A stretch of 64,000 bases of DNA from an uncultured Candidatus Saccharibacteria bacterium (GCA_964494105.1 CAZBQI010000001.1:67126-131125); one strand, 5' to 3'. Shown: positions 1 through 10,322, numbered from the stretch's first letter. The notes: a model not told the origin generated them from the letters alone. Program-made: numbers and translations.

Positions 1-8
1 ATTAAGAT

Positions 9-323
9 ATGGAAAACCGGGATGATATTTTAAGTCTCTGGCCGGAACTGCACAAAGTAGTTTTTGAAAATGACAAAGCTAGAGTAATCAAATCATCTTT
101 ACCACCGGGTAAAAAACTATCCATGCATTGGCATCCCAGTCACGTCGGAATTATTGTTAAAGGCAGTCGAGTCAAGATTACTAAGCCAAATTCTGAACCC
201 GAAGAAGTGGACGTTGAGGACGGTGCATTTTTTGAAGGAAGAGAGGGTACTCATGCTGTTGAGAACATTGGTACAACAACCATAGAAGAGTACTTTATTG
301 AATTTAAGTTGAAAAATGGCTGA
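9..323 (+). CDS. Cupin-fold small protein
   Basis: Cupin motifs LPPGKKLSMHWHP and GTHAVENIG. Confidence 0.75.
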   Translation: MENRDDILSLWPELHKVVFENDKARVIKSSLPPGKKLSMHWHPSHVGIIVKGSRVKITKPNSEPEEVDVEDGAFFEGREGTHAVENIGTTTIEEYFIEFKLKNG

Positions 324-843
324 GTCTTTCACAAGTATTTTACTAGAGGGAAAAGTAAATTCTCTCGGTCGTACGCAAGAAGTGGTGGAAATAGTTTTGC
401 ATGACAAGTCTCGATTAGCCGAGTTGTATCAATGTTTATTTGAAGACGACCAGTGGTTGCGTATGCGGGCCGGTGATGCGCTAGAGAAAGTCTGTCGCGT
501 GCACCCCGGGTGGTTCACTGGCTACCTGTCAAAGCTATTCAACGAGATGGCCAAGATAGACCAGCCATCTATTCAGTGGCACTTAGCCCAAATGCTAGGT
601 GAGATTGAGCTCGATGCAAGCTACCAGCAAAAGGCCAATAATTTGCTTTGCAAAAACGTATCTACGACAGATGTCGACTGGATAGTAGCTGCTAATTCGA
701 TGATTACACTAGTACAGTTCGCAAAAAGCCGTAAGATTGATGCAAAAACTGTGATGAATCTTTTAAAGGTTCAACAGCACCATCATTCGAATGCAGTATG
801 TAAAAAAGCCACGAAGCTTTTAGCTGAGCTCCAAAATCGCTAG
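316..843 (+). CDS. Hypothetical helical-repeat (HEAT/ARM-like) protein
   Basis: 175-aa ORF overlapping the upstream stop; helical pattern DDQWLRMRAGDALEKV...SIQWHLAQML. Confidence 0.55.
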   Translation: MAESFTSILLEGKVNSLGRTQEVVEIVLHDKSRLAELYQCLFEDDQWLRMRAGDALEKVCRVHPGWFTGYLSKLFNEMAKIDQPSIQWHLAQMLGEIELDASYQQKANNLLCKNVSTTDVDWIVAANSMITLVQFAKSRKIDAKTVMNLLKVQQHHHSNAVCKKATKLLAELQNR

Positions 844-857
844 TGTAGTATAAATAC

Positions 858-1268
858 ATGGGTTGGTTTTATTTAATCGGTTACGTGATAATTATCGGTG
901 TGGCTACCTTTCTGATGAAGGTGTCGCTAAAAGACACCACACCTTACCAGCTAAATCTACTTATGGGGATTGGTATGCTACTTACCGGGATTCCAGCTCT
1001 GTGGTTGGCGCAAAAAAACTTAAAGATACCCCTAAAAGAGGCACCCATGGGCCTAGGTATTGGATTAGCAATGGCTATTGGCTCCCTTTTGTTTGTATTA
1101 GCAATTAATAAACTACCAGCCGGCCTTACTGCCGCTATTGCCAGCTGCTATGTGGTTGTAGTAGTGGTTCTTTCGTGGTTAATCCTTAAGGAATCGTTCG
1201 ACGTGGTAAAAGCTCTGGGGATTGTGCTTACGCTGGGCGGTGTAGCGATATTGGCGTATAAAGGATAG
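858..1268 (+). CDS. EamA/DMT family small membrane transporter
   Basis: About 5 hydrophobic helices; LSWLILKE...LGIVLTLGG signature. Confidence 0.8.
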   Translation: MGWFYLIGYVIIIGVATFLMKVSLKDTTPYQLNLLMGIGMLLTGIPALWLAQKNLKIPLKEAPMGLGIGLAMAIGSLLFVLAINKLPAGLTAAIASCYVVVVVVLSWLILKESFDVVKALGIVLTLGGVAILAYKG

Positions 1269-1271
1269 CAA

Positions 1272-1529
1272 ATGAAGCTCTCGAAAAACTTAACAACAGT
1301 TACAACTCTCAGCAAGGTGCTGGCCGTAGCTCTATATTTTGTCGTAATGATGATCGGGTTCTTTCTAGGAGTGCAGTACCAGAAAAGCCAGGTTACAAGT
1401 CAGATAGATTCTTATGAAGAATGCGTTGAAGCGGGCGGTAGAGTAGCAGAAAAGTATCCTCCTACGTGTTATTTAGATGATGGACGTAGTTTTGATTCGG
1501 ACGCGCCTGCACCGGTTATAATTGATTAA
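1272..1529 (+). CDS. Small membrane-anchored protein with Cys-pair module
   Basis: N-terminal TM helix followed by SYEECVEAGG...YPPTC. Confidence 0.6.
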   Translation: MKLSKNLTTVTTLSKVLAVALYFVVMMIGFFLGVQYQKSQVTSQIDSYEECVEAGGRVAEKYPPTCYLDDGRSFDSDAPAPVIID

Positions 1530-1541
1530 GAAAGGTTTTTT

Positions 1542-1907
1542 ATGTATAAAACAGCAATACTGATTGGTTTAATTTCATTTGTAATATTAGCGGTGCTTGG
1601 CTTTGGTTGGCGTAGATCGTTTACCGAAAATGGCGATGCTCCGTTACTGCGAGGCATAATGCTAGAGAGTGGCTGGGTTGCCCAAACTGATACTGGCGCT
1701 ATCGGGTGCCTTTCGATAACGGTAGAGTCGAGCTACAAAGGGTTACCTTTTGTTAATAGTGTTAATCAAAGTGGATGCAATGGTGAATATGTCGCCACAA
1801 ATACGACAGCAAAAATATTGAATGGTGTAGCTGTATTTCTGCTGAGTTTATTATCTGTATTTTTATCGGTTAAGCTATTGCGAAATAAAAAAGTAAAATC
1901 TAGTTAA
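1542..1907 (+). CDS. Hypothetical two-TM membrane protein
   Basis: TM helices at both ends, two Cys in the loop; AGAAAGG upstream. Confidence 0.55.
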   Translation: MYKTAILIGLISFVILAVLGFGWRRSFTENGDAPLLRGIMLESGWVAQTDTGAIGCLSITVESSYKGLPFVNSVNQSGCNGEYVATNTTAKILNGVAVFLLSLLSVFLSVKLLRNKKVKSS

Positions 1908-2451
1908 TATCCTGCACAACCACATTAGCGACACTCTCAGCATCAGCTAAAATATGTTCGTCCGGCTGGGGCCCGCCGTTGCTGATAATTAACCAAACAT
2001 TGCTCTTTAGTACGTTTAATTGGCCGAGCTCCGGGTTCCAAAAAGCCATTTCACCAATACCGGTTACTTCTTGGGCACCTTCGGGCACTGGATCGAATTG
2101 CGCCTGGTTGCTTTCGGCACCAGCTTCGGTTTTAGGTGAGCGGGCCAAAACGCTAGCGGTTTTAATGCCGGATACCGTACCGGTGTCGTAAGTATATGTA
2201 CAACTACTGACTGTCACATCATCATTACTGGCTGCTGTTTCGCCACTTTCGCCTTTCGTAGTGGTGCTACCTAAAATGGCTTGAGCTTCTTCAAGGGTGA
2301 AGATTTCGCAAGCATCGATTATCTGAAAATTTTGAGTGACTTGTTCGTTCTGCACAGTCTCTTGCGGATTTGGCTTGAAAATCAACCACCCAGTAATCCC
2401 CAAAGTGACAATTATTAACGTGACTACAATTATTGTTAAGGATTTCTTCAT
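1900..2451 (-). CDS. Membrane-anchored extracytoplasmic protein (DUF3558-like)
   Basis: Start taken at MKKSLTII (2451); TM then DACEIFT..EA..ILG, CTY and VTGIGEMAFW motifs. Confidence 0.6.
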   Translation of the reverse strand: MKKSLTIIVVTLIIVTLGITGWLIFKPNPQETVQNEQVTQNFQIIDACEIFTLEEAQAILGSTTTKGESGETAASNDDVTVSSCTYTYDTGTVSGIKTASVLARSPKTEAGAESNQAQFDPVPEGAQEVTGIGEMAFWNPELGQLNVLKSNVWLIISNGGPQPDEHILADAESVANVVVQDIN

Positions 2452-2524
2452 AAACACCCTTTTTCTTAATACATTCAGTGTAACAAATGATTTAAGAAAC
2501 AAAGTAGGCTGTATAATATTACCA

Positions 2525-5467
2525 ATGCAAAAACGAAGGTGGCTAAACACCAAATTAGTGCTTGGCGTAGGAATTATATTTGTTTCTATATATACTTTTG
2601 CTACTCATTATTCACCGGTGCGCGCAGATCTAACGACTGGTTTACTTGTTCACTACACCTTTGAAAATACTAGTGGTAGCAATGTATACGATAGCTCAGG
2701 AAATAATCGAACTGCTTCACTAAGCGGTAATGCCACAATAAGTAGTGGCCTTTCAGGTAGCGGCGTTAACTTTGATGGAACTTCTGGCTATATGCAGGTG
2801 CCTCATCAGTTGGTGCCTGGCCAGCAGGCAGATTTTACCTACAGTTTTTTTGTTAAAGCCGATGCAGGTGGTGATAGCAATCAGTACTTAATGGGTCAAA
2901 GTAGTAGTGGCACGTTCAATAATGATTGCTTTAGCGTAGATTACGACAACGTAGGCAAGTCTTTAAAAGTACTAGCTACAAATAATGGTAATGGTGCTCA
3001 AATAACAACCTCGGCTGATCTTTCGAACTGGACGCATATTGCAGTCACAAATTCGCATACTTACGGTGAGTCGCAAGTATATGTCAATGGAGTTGCTACT
3101 TCAGGCCCAGAGGCGACATGTAGTCAGGCTCTCGCCAGTCAGTTTATGATTGGTAGAGCGCCTTACAGCGGTTATAACATGGAATTAGACGGGTCAATGG
3201 ACGAGATCCGGGTTTATAATCGCGTATTAAGCGCCGCCGAAATTTACCAGTTAGCTACCGAAGGCAATACGAATTCAGTTAACATAACTAGCCCAAGCAA
3301 TGGCAGTACTGTTAAGGGCTCTGTGAATCTTACTGCTAGTACGAGCGGTAGCCCTGCAATTGCATCGGTTAAGTATTATGCCAATGGAAGTGCACTTAGC
3401 ACGGCACTAACAACAGATCCCTATACATATACTTGGGATCTTAGTGCTGTCGAGCAAGGAGAGTATTTGCTGGTGGCTGTTGCTACCGATGTAAATGGGG
3501 TTACTGTGCCATCACAAGCCGTATTAGTAACGGTCGACAACGACCCAACAATAGCCATGCAAAGCTCCAAGAGTATACAGAAAACATCGAACAGGATTGC
3601 TTGGATAACTAGTGAGCCCACCACAGCGCGCGTGGATTATGGGTTAACAAGTTCATATGGTTCACAGACTACTCTTGATACTTCACTAAGTTATTATCAC
3701 GAGCAAACTCTGTCTAATTTAACGCCTGGTACAACTTATCATTACCGTGTCACATCCGTGGATTCTAATGATAATAGTGTTAGTTCTAGCGACTCGACCT
3801 TTACTACAATTAGTGATGCCACAGGTAATGAGTGGCATGTTACAACGAGTGGAACGTCTGGTGGAAATGGCTCAGTTAGTAACCCGTGGGATTTAGCGAC
3901 GGCTTTAGCGCAACCAGTTGCTGTTCAGCCAGGTGACACAATTTGGCTACATGGGGGGAACTATAGTGGAAACTACTCCAGCACGTTAACTGGTTCTGCC
4001 ACAGCGCCAATAGTTGTGCGTAACTACAACGATGAAAGAGTGATTATAGATGGTGGAGGTGGAAGCGGTTTTGCCCTGACTGTATATGGCTCGGATGCTT
4101 GGTACTGGGGTCTAGAAATTATGAGTTCTGGACTCGATAGGGATGTGTCTAACGCTGGATCGAGCCCGCCGGACCTAAACCACGCTTATGGATTTTATAT
4201 TTTTGGTGTTCGTACGCGGTTTATAAACAACATTGTTCACGACACGTCGCAGGGTTTTGGCTTTTGGACACCTGCAGTTGACTCAGAGCTTTATGGCAAT
4301 TTGGTTTACTACAACGGCTGGGAAGGTCCTGATCGTGGTCACGGACACGGTTTATATGTTCAAAATAATACCGGCATGAAGTACCTAGCTAATAATTTTG
4401 TATTTAGTAACTTTGGCTGGGGATTGCATGCTTACACTGAGGGAGGTCGCATAAATAACATTCAGACCGATGGCAATACTTTTTTTGAAAACGGTAAAAT
4501 CTCTGCCTTTGGATACACAACCAATCTGTTACATGGCGGGCTACAAATTGCTCAAAATCCAATGATTTTTAACAATGCAACCTATTACCCTCAAGCTGGA
4601 GGTGGTGGGGCGATAGGTCTTGGTTACAGTGCCGGATGCAATAGGCCAACGGTTGAGGGTAATTACTTTGCGGCAGAATCGGCCATTGATATTGGTGGTA
4701 GTTGTACTCATGAAACGTTTAAGAACAACTTATTTTATGGCAGTGTACCTGGTGGGCTTGAGACTAATTTCCCAGATAATACATATAAAACTAGCGCTCC
4801 TACTACTAATGCTACGCTACTGCGACCAAACCAATACGAGCCCAATAAAACAAATCTCACTATCTATAATTGGCAACAACTCAATAGTGTAGATGTGAAT
4901 CTATCCGCCGTCCTTACCGCTAATGATACGTACGAAATACGCGATGTTCAGAATTACTTTGGTGACCCAATTGCTAGTGGTACCTATGGGGGTAGTACAG
5001 TTTCTATTCCTATGAATTCAACGGCCGTTACAGCTGCTATTGGGTCTAATATACCGGTAGCACCAACTCATACCGCCAAAGAATTCGGCGCCTTTATGAT
5101 AATAAAGACCGGACACACCGACCCGGCTGATGAACCTCCAAGCGATGGTGCACCATCCTCAGGCGATGCCACTACAAATTCCACGAATAACACTAGTGGT
5201 TTTGGTAGAGTGTTGTCTATTATTAATACAGTTACACAATATGCTACAGGACAGTACTTCTTTGCCGATTCAGTTGTGGGCGTATCAGAACCAAACTCTA
5301 CTGACAGCACTGAAAAGAAAGTGGTAGAGGCCGGTCCTTTTGTTCAAGAAAATGCCTTAAAACAAATGTTCGCATCTCAGTGGCGTCCATTTTTAGCTAT
5401 TGGCGCTTTGACTCTAGCTGGAGGCTTGGTGGCAATTTATCTACGAAGGAAAACTAGAGTACATTAA
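2525..5467 (+). CDS. Large surface protein: LamG-like jellyroll + Ig-like + FN3-like + right-handed beta-helix, C-terminal TM anchor
   Basis: Start MQKRRW (2525); WTHIAVT...VYVNG...DGSMDEIRVYNRVLS (LamG), ITSPSNGSTVKG (Ig), LTPGTTYHYRV (FN3), PGDTIWLHGGNY plus Asn/Gly-rich repeats (beta-helix), C-terminal TM + RRK. Confidence 0.8.
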   Translation: MQKRRWLNTKLVLGVGIIFVSIYTFATHYSPVRADLTTGLLVHYTFENTSGSNVYDSSGNNRTASLSGNATISSGLSGSGVNFDGTSGYMQVPHQLVPGQQADFTYSFFVKADAGGDSNQYLMGQSSSGTFNNDCFSVDYDNVGKSLKVLATNNGNGAQITTSADLSNWTHIAVTNSHTYGESQVYVNGVATSGPEATCSQALASQFMIGRAPYSGYNMELDGSMDEIRVYNRVLSAAEIYQLATEGNTNSVNITSPSNGSTVKGSVNLTASTSGSPAIASVKYYANGSALSTALTTDPYTYTWDLSAVEQGEYLLVAVATDVNGVTVPSQAVLVTVDNDPTIAMQSSKSIQKTSNRIAWITSEPTTARVDYGLTSSYGSQTTLDTSLSYYHEQTLSNLTPGTTYHYRVTSVDSNDNSVSSSDSTFTTISDATGNEWHVTTSGTSGGNGSVSNPWDLATALAQPVAVQPGDTIWLHGGNYSGNYSSTLTGSATAPIVVRNYNDERVIIDGGGGSGFALTVYGSDAWYWGLEIMSSGLDRDVSNAGSSPPDLNHAYGFYIFGVRTRFINNIVHDTSQGFGFWTPAVDSELYGNLVYYNGWEGPDRGHGHGLYVQNNTGMKYLANNFVFSNFGWGLHAYTEGGRINNIQTDGNTFFENGKISAFGYTTNLLHGGLQIAQNPMIFNNATYYPQAGGGGAIGLGYSAGCNRPTVEGNYFAAESAIDIGGSCTHETFKNNLFYGSVPGGLETNFPDNTYKTSAPTTNATLLRPNQYEPNKTNLTIYNWQQLNSVDVNLSAVLTANDTYEIRDVQNYFGDPIASGTYGGSTVSIPMNSTAVTAAIGSNIPVAPTHTAKEFGAFMIIKTGHTDPADEPPSDGAPSSGDATTNSTNNTSGFGRVLSIINTVTQYATGQYFFADSVVGVSEPNSTDSTEKKVVEAGPFVQENALKQMFASQWRPFLAIGALTLAGGLVAIYLRRKTRVH

Positions 5468-5557
5468 TTTGGCCGTTTGCTATATAAAGATAGTGCGCCC
5501 GGCTATAGATGCTTTTGCTTGCATAGTAGAGGTAGGTGCAATGTATAATATTGCCCA

Positions 5558-8500
5558 ATGGCAAATAAGAGGCACGGACTTAGTACTCGCATTACGCAAT
5601 ACTTTATTGAGCATTCCCGTATTACCGTAATCGCGCTCGCGACATTAGTAACTTTTGGTATCATTTCACTGCTAACCCTAAAGACCAGCGGTTTTCCTAG
5701 CCCAGAAGTTAACTTTGTAGTTATTAACACAGCTTATCCTGGTGCGTCTTCGTCGACAGTGCTGAAGGATGTGACAAAACCAATCGAATCTAGCATTAAG
5801 CAAGTTGACGGGGTTAAATCGTATTCTTCACAGAGTCTTGATAATTTCTCTATCGTTACAGTAAACATTGATGAATCGGCTAATGCAGATGCCGTTAAGG
5901 CTAAAATTGATTCCACCGTGCGCTCGGTAGCATTGCCGGAAACCGCTAAAGACCCAGAGGTAGCCACACCAAAAATATCTAACGACGAGTACAGTTACGC
6001 AATTGTTAGTAAGAATGGCGACATCCAAACGGCTTATCAGGCGACAGATATACTACGCAAGAAGCTCGAGCAAGATCCGGCGGTCATTGCGGTTAATGTG
6101 GCCGGCAAACTAAAACAAGAAGTAGTTGTTCAGTTGGATGCAGCCAAGCTAAACGCAGCCGGTCTTACACAAGAAGAAGTTAGCAATCAGTTAAAGACTT
6201 GGGGTCTAGCTATACCTGCAGCCGAAAACGCTAACTTTAGCGCCAAAAACTACAACATCGTGTTAACTCTGAGTGGTAGTAGCCTCGAGGAACTGCAGAA
6301 TCTCATGATTGCCAGCCAAAGTGCTCCGTTTGGGGTAAAGCTTTCGCAGGTTGCGGATGTTGGGACCATGTTTAGCTTAGAAGATCAAGCAGACGATGTA
6401 GTCGGTTTTCGTAGCAATGGTGAGGCTAATGTAGAAAAGTCGGTAATCTTTGGGATTGATGTAGATGACAACGCCAACCTAAGCAAGTATGACCCCAAAC
6501 TGCAAGATACTCTAACAAAATATTTCGATCCGGATGCGGCCTCGCATGCAGAGCTAACGCCAGCTGAGCGCGAGCTTTTTGACCAAGTTGAATTAGTTGA
6601 TGTGTATAACACCAACACCGATAATCAGCGTCAGATTCAGGAAGTTTTGGCCGGTTTAGCTGGCGAGAAGTGGGGAATACCGGTTATTGGCTGGATTGGC
6701 TTCGCTTTTGGCGCTATTCAGTTGGTGTTTATTTTTATGATGATTCTGGTCAGTTGGCGAGCAGCCATCATCGCGGCAATTGCCATTCCGTTAAGTTTCT
6801 TTTTCTCGACGATTACGTTGCTGCTAACGGGTAACGACTTAAACACCTTAACGCTGTTTTCACTGGTGTTGGTGATTGGCTTAGTGGTAGACCCGGCCAT
6901 TGTGGTATTAGAGGTTATTCAACGCTACATAGATAAGGGCGAAAAAGGTAAGCAGGCGGTGCTGTCGGCAATTGATGATATTGGCTACGGATTATTTATA
7001 GCGGTTCTAACGTCAATTCTGGTGTTCATTCCATTTGGGGTTGTATCAGGTATTTTTGGTGCCATCATTGCCTATATTCCCCTCACTATTATTCCGGCTT
7101 TAATTGGTTCCTACATAGTGCCGCTAATCTTTCTGGCCTGGTTTGGTAGCAAGATTCTAAAGCGCCGACCAGGCAAGTCGCAAGATGAAGAAAAAAACTT
7201 GTGGCGTAGCGCTCGCTGGATGATCAAAACTAATCGTCGTTTACTAAATCTCGGAGTTTTGCCGCGAATTGGTATTATCATTGTTTCGCTTGTCTTGCCG
7301 TTTGTTGTAGCTGGTGTCTATTTGGGAAGTGGCCAAGTCAAAATGGTACAGTTTTCGCAACCCGAAGACGGTGAGTTTTTGCAGATGGTGGTGGCTAAGT
7401 ATCCACAAGCCTCTGCTATTACTACCGAGGCTAATGCCAAGCAACTGCTAAGCGAAATCATGAAAAACCCGAACGTGGAGTATGTTGCGCCAATCTATAG
7501 CCAAGGTCCCACAAACGTTAGCTACTTCATTAAGCTTAAGGACCCTAGTGAGCGCAAAGGCAATACGGCCAGTGAAATTGCCGATAATTTTAATCATGTT
7601 TTTGAAAATTCAAATGTAGATGATGTTTTCTTTGACGTTAATGTAAGCACGCTTAGTCCAGGGCCACCGAATGCAATATTCCCAATTAGCATTGGTATAA
7701 AAAGCCAAGACCTCAATATTCAATCCCAAGTAGCTGGTGATGTAACAAAGATACTCAATCAAATGTGCCATAGCGATAGTGGCTTTAGCGTAAATTCTAA
7801 TTGCTCAGATGAAAACAAAGTGGTTGTAAAAATAGATAATGGCCAAGGTGCTCAGGCCAATAAATTTATCGAAGTGCGGTTGGATCGGTCTAAACTATTG
7901 ATGAGTCCAGTTAACCCAATTGCTTTGCGTGAGCAGCTGGCAAGCGTATACCAGCTAAATAGTGGCGAGGAATTAGCTAAGCTCCAAAGTGGAAACGAAC
8001 AGCTGCCAATTATAATCGCGCAAAATAATCAGAAACCGGCGAGCATAAATCAGTTACAGGCAGTGCCAGTTTTGACACTAACTGGGCAGAGTGTGCCACT
8101 TGGTCAGATTGCGGATGTGCGCGAGGTGGAAAGCCCGGGCAGTATTCGACAAGTTGATGGCGAGGCAGTTGGTGTAGTTACGGCCAAAGTACAACCCGAA
8201 TTCTCCGATCAGCAAAATGCAGCACTAGTACAGCAAAAAGTAATTGATGAGTTCAAGAATAACTACAAAGGCAAATATCCTCAGGAATTAGTTGTAGAAG
8301 GCTACAGCGAGGGCGATGTTGCAAGTATTGCTAAAAGTTTTAGTGAGCTAGGCATAGCGCTGCTGCTGGCGATTGTGCTTACGTACTTGTTGTTGGTGCT
8401 GTTCTTCGACAGCCTGAGCATGCCGTTGGTTATCCTGTTTGCCATTCCGTTAACATTTCTTGGCATTTTCCCGGGCCTGGCTTACCTGGCAGGTGGTCAG

Positions 8501-8857
8501 CTAGGTTTTCTGGAGATTATTGGCATTATCATTCTGGTTGGACTGGTAGAAAACGTGGCTATATTCTTAATTGACGCGGCTAACCGTAAGGAGCGTGAGG
8601 GCTGGAAACCAAAAGACGCAATTGCCTATGCCAGTGGTGTACGTTTTCGCCCAATTATTTTGACTAAAGTCATGGCCGTAGCATCGTTAGCACCGCTCGC
8701 AATTCTATCAGAGTTTTATCGTTCACTGTCGGTGGTAATTATTTTTGGGTTGCTAACCTCGGGCATCCTCTCGCTGTTTGTAACGCCAATCCTCTACATT
8801 GCCTTCCAGGATTTCAGCCAATTTATACGCGGTATTGGCGGACGAAAAAAGGCCTAA
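5558..8857 (+). CDS. AcrB/AcrD/AcrF-family RND permease
   Basis: 1099 aa, two large soluble loops; YPGAS, IAIPLS, LNTLTL, RFRPIILT motifs. Confidence 0.9.
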   Translation: MANKRHGLSTRITQYFIEHSRITVIALATLVTFGIISLLTLKTSGFPSPEVNFVVINTAYPGASSSTVLKDVTKPIESSIKQVDGVKSYSSQSLDNFSIVTVNIDESANADAVKAKIDSTVRSVALPETAKDPEVATPKISNDEYSYAIVSKNGDIQTAYQATDILRKKLEQDPAVIAVNVAGKLKQEVVVQLDAAKLNAAGLTQEEVSNQLKTWGLAIPAAENANFSAKNYNIVLTLSGSSLEELQNLMIASQSAPFGVKLSQVADVGTMFSLEDQADDVVGFRSNGEANVEKSVIFGIDVDDNANLSKYDPKLQDTLTKYFDPDAASHAELTPAERELFDQVELVDVYNTNTDNQRQIQEVLAGLAGEKWGIPVIGWIGFAFGAIQLVFIFMMILVSWRAAIIAAIAIPLSFFFSTITLLLTGNDLNTLTLFSLVLVIGLVVDPAIVVLEVIQRYIDKGEKGKQAVLSAIDDIGYGLFIAVLTSILVFIPFGVVSGIFGAIIAYIPLTIIPALIGSYIVPLIFLAWFGSKILKRRPGKSQDEEKNLWRSARWMIKTNRRLLNLGVLPRIGIIIVSLVLPFVVAGVYLGSGQVKMVQFSQPEDGEFLQMVVAKYPQASAITTEANAKQLLSEIMKNPNVEYVAPIYSQGPTNVSYFIKLKDPSERKGNTASEIADNFNHVFENSNVDDVFFDVNVSTLSPGPPNAIFPISIGIKSQDLNIQSQVAGDVTKILNQMCHSDSGFSVNSNCSDENKVVVKIDNGQGAQANKFIEVRLDRSKLLMSPVNPIALREQLASVYQLNSGEELAKLQSGNEQLPIIIAQNNQKPASINQLQAVPVLTLTGQSVPLGQIADVREVESPGSIRQVDGEAVGVVTAKVQPEFSDQQNAALVQQKVIDEFKNNYKGKYPQELVVEGYSEGDVASIAKSFSELGIALLLAIVLTYLLLVLFFDSLSMPLVILFAIPLTFLGIFPGLAYLAGGQLGFLEIIGIIILVGLVENVAIFLIDAANRKEREGWKPKDAIAYASGVRFRPIILTKVMAVASLAPLAILSEFYRSLSVVIIFGLLTSGILSLFVTPILYIAFQDFSQFIRGIGGRKKA

Positions 8858-9438
8858 ATAAATTTAAAGGCGAGGATTGCAGCAAATGCAATGGCATACA
8901 ATAACCAGCCAAAGGTGTCTGCACCACTGTTAAAACAGCGTTCGAGCATCGTTTTGGTCTTCTTGCTAAATGGTAAGTCGTTGGCATTAATCCGTAGCCA
9001 GGCCCAGTTCATGGCAATCACACCGGCATAGCAGAAAATACAGAAAATACAGAGTGCGCCAATTACATACGCACTTTGCCAGAGGTACCAAGCGCCGAAG
9101 CCCAAAAAGAACACACTAAAGAAGTGTAGGATTTTACGGTACATTGCTCCGAGGCTTCCGCCACTGATTACTGCGAAACCGGCGCCAAGTACAACAGCAA
9201 AAAAGACAATGCACATGAGTGAATTAGAAAAGCCAAAGACTGATGATTGCCAGGAATCAAACACATTAGAACAACTAAAAATTTTATTCAAATCGCAAGC
9301 CAGTGGTGTCGAAGGGTTGGAAGCGAAATTAATTTTCTCGACAGTCTGGATGAACGAAGCGACAAGGCCAACAGCCGAGGCAAATGTAAGTACACCCCAT
9401 AGTGATTTAGAAGATGTGTTTTTGGTTAGATTAGCCAT
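8854..9438 (-). CDS. Vitamin K epoxide reductase (VKOR) family protein
   Basis: C-DLNKIFS-C loop, FGFSNS and CIFC active-site motif in a TM protein. Confidence 0.9.
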   Translation of the reverse strand: MANLTKNTSSKSLWGVLTFASAVGLVASFIQTVEKINFASNPSTPLACDLNKIFSCSNVFDSWQSSVFGFSNSLMCIVFFAVVLGAGFAVISGGSLGAMYRKILHFFSVFFLGFGAWYLWQSAYVIGALCIFCIFCYAGVIAMNWAWLRINANDLPFSKKTKTMLERCFNSGADTFGWLLYAIAFAAILAFKFI

Positions 9439-9485
9439 TGCATTAATTATAGTCGCAAGTTTTGCAATCGCAAATCACACATAGC

Positions 9486-9514
9486 TTGCAAGCTAGCTTG
9501 ATTTAGTCTATAAT
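9486..9514 (+). promoter_or_regulatory. Sigma70-type promoter for the L,D-transpeptidase gene
   Basis: TTGCAA-17 bp-TATAAT. Confidence 0.6.
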
Positions 9515-9536
9515 ATAGTAAATAAGAGGTGATGCA

Positions 9537-10199
9537 ATGTTTAGGCGACTTTTAATTGCGATATTTGTTTTTGCAGTGTGTGCGGGCATCAGCCAGCCGA
9601 TTGCATCGGTCCAGGCGCAATCTGCCCAACAAGCTGGCTCCGAAGCTATTAGTTGCAGAATTACCGCCAGTGGCGTGAGCGTTAGGCAGGTTCAGCTCAA
9701 GGTTGGAGTAGCTGATGATGGAGTTTTGGGGCCAATTACCTGTAATGCGATAAAATCTTATCAATGCACCAAAAACCTATCAGTAGATGGTAATGTGGGC
9801 CCTATAACATGGGGAGTAATGCAGGGCAATACGCCACCAAGAGGCCCGCGAATTTGTGTTGATTTGAATAATCAAAAGTTATGGCTGAGTAAAAATGGTG
9901 TGCGAACCTATACTGCTCAAAGAATGCGATCGGGCGACCCTCGTCTGAGTAATTCTGAAAACACCAAAACGGGAAATCACAGTATTTACTACAAAGATAT
10001 AGACCATATATCATCAATATTTGGTTCGCCAATGCCGTATTCGATGTTCTTTTACGGTGGTCAAGCAATACATGAATCCACCTTTAGTACTCCCGGTAGC
10101 CATGGCTGTATAAATATAACGCGCAATGACGCAAAAAAACTTTGGAATAACTCTCCTGTTGGAACGCCAGTTAGCGTTTGGGGCGCCCGACCACTGTAG
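9537..10199 (+). CDS. L,D-transpeptidase (YkuD) with peptidoglycan-binding domain
   Basis: Signal peptide; DGVLGPIT/DGNVGPITW PG-binding motifs; AIHE...SHGCIN catalytic motif. Confidence 0.9.
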   Translation: MFRRLLIAIFVFAVCAGISQPIASVQAQSAQQAGSEAISCRITASGVSVRQVQLKVGVADDGVLGPITCNAIKSYQCTKNLSVDGNVGPITWGVMQGNTPPRGPRICVDLNNQKLWLSKNGVRTYTAQRMRSGDPRLSNSENTKTGNHSIYYKDIDHISSIFGSPMPYSMFFYGGQAIHESTFSTPGSHGCINITRNDAKKLWNNSPVGTPVSVWGARPL

Positions 10200-10322
10200 A
10201 ATCTTGACCTAAATGCGTAAGTTTAATTTATGAATATACCTATTTACGCTTCTATCAGGGTTTAATTGTGGATGGGTAGCTTGCTGTTTGCCAGTAGCTT
10301 ATACACTTGCTAGGATATAAAA

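Noticed and set aside
2336-2524. Upstream extensions of ORF-track starts (also 38996, 41647, 50702, 54523, 61423)
   Set aside because: Extensions overlap neighbours or promoters; downstream starts match signal peptides, family N-termini or -10/SD spacing.
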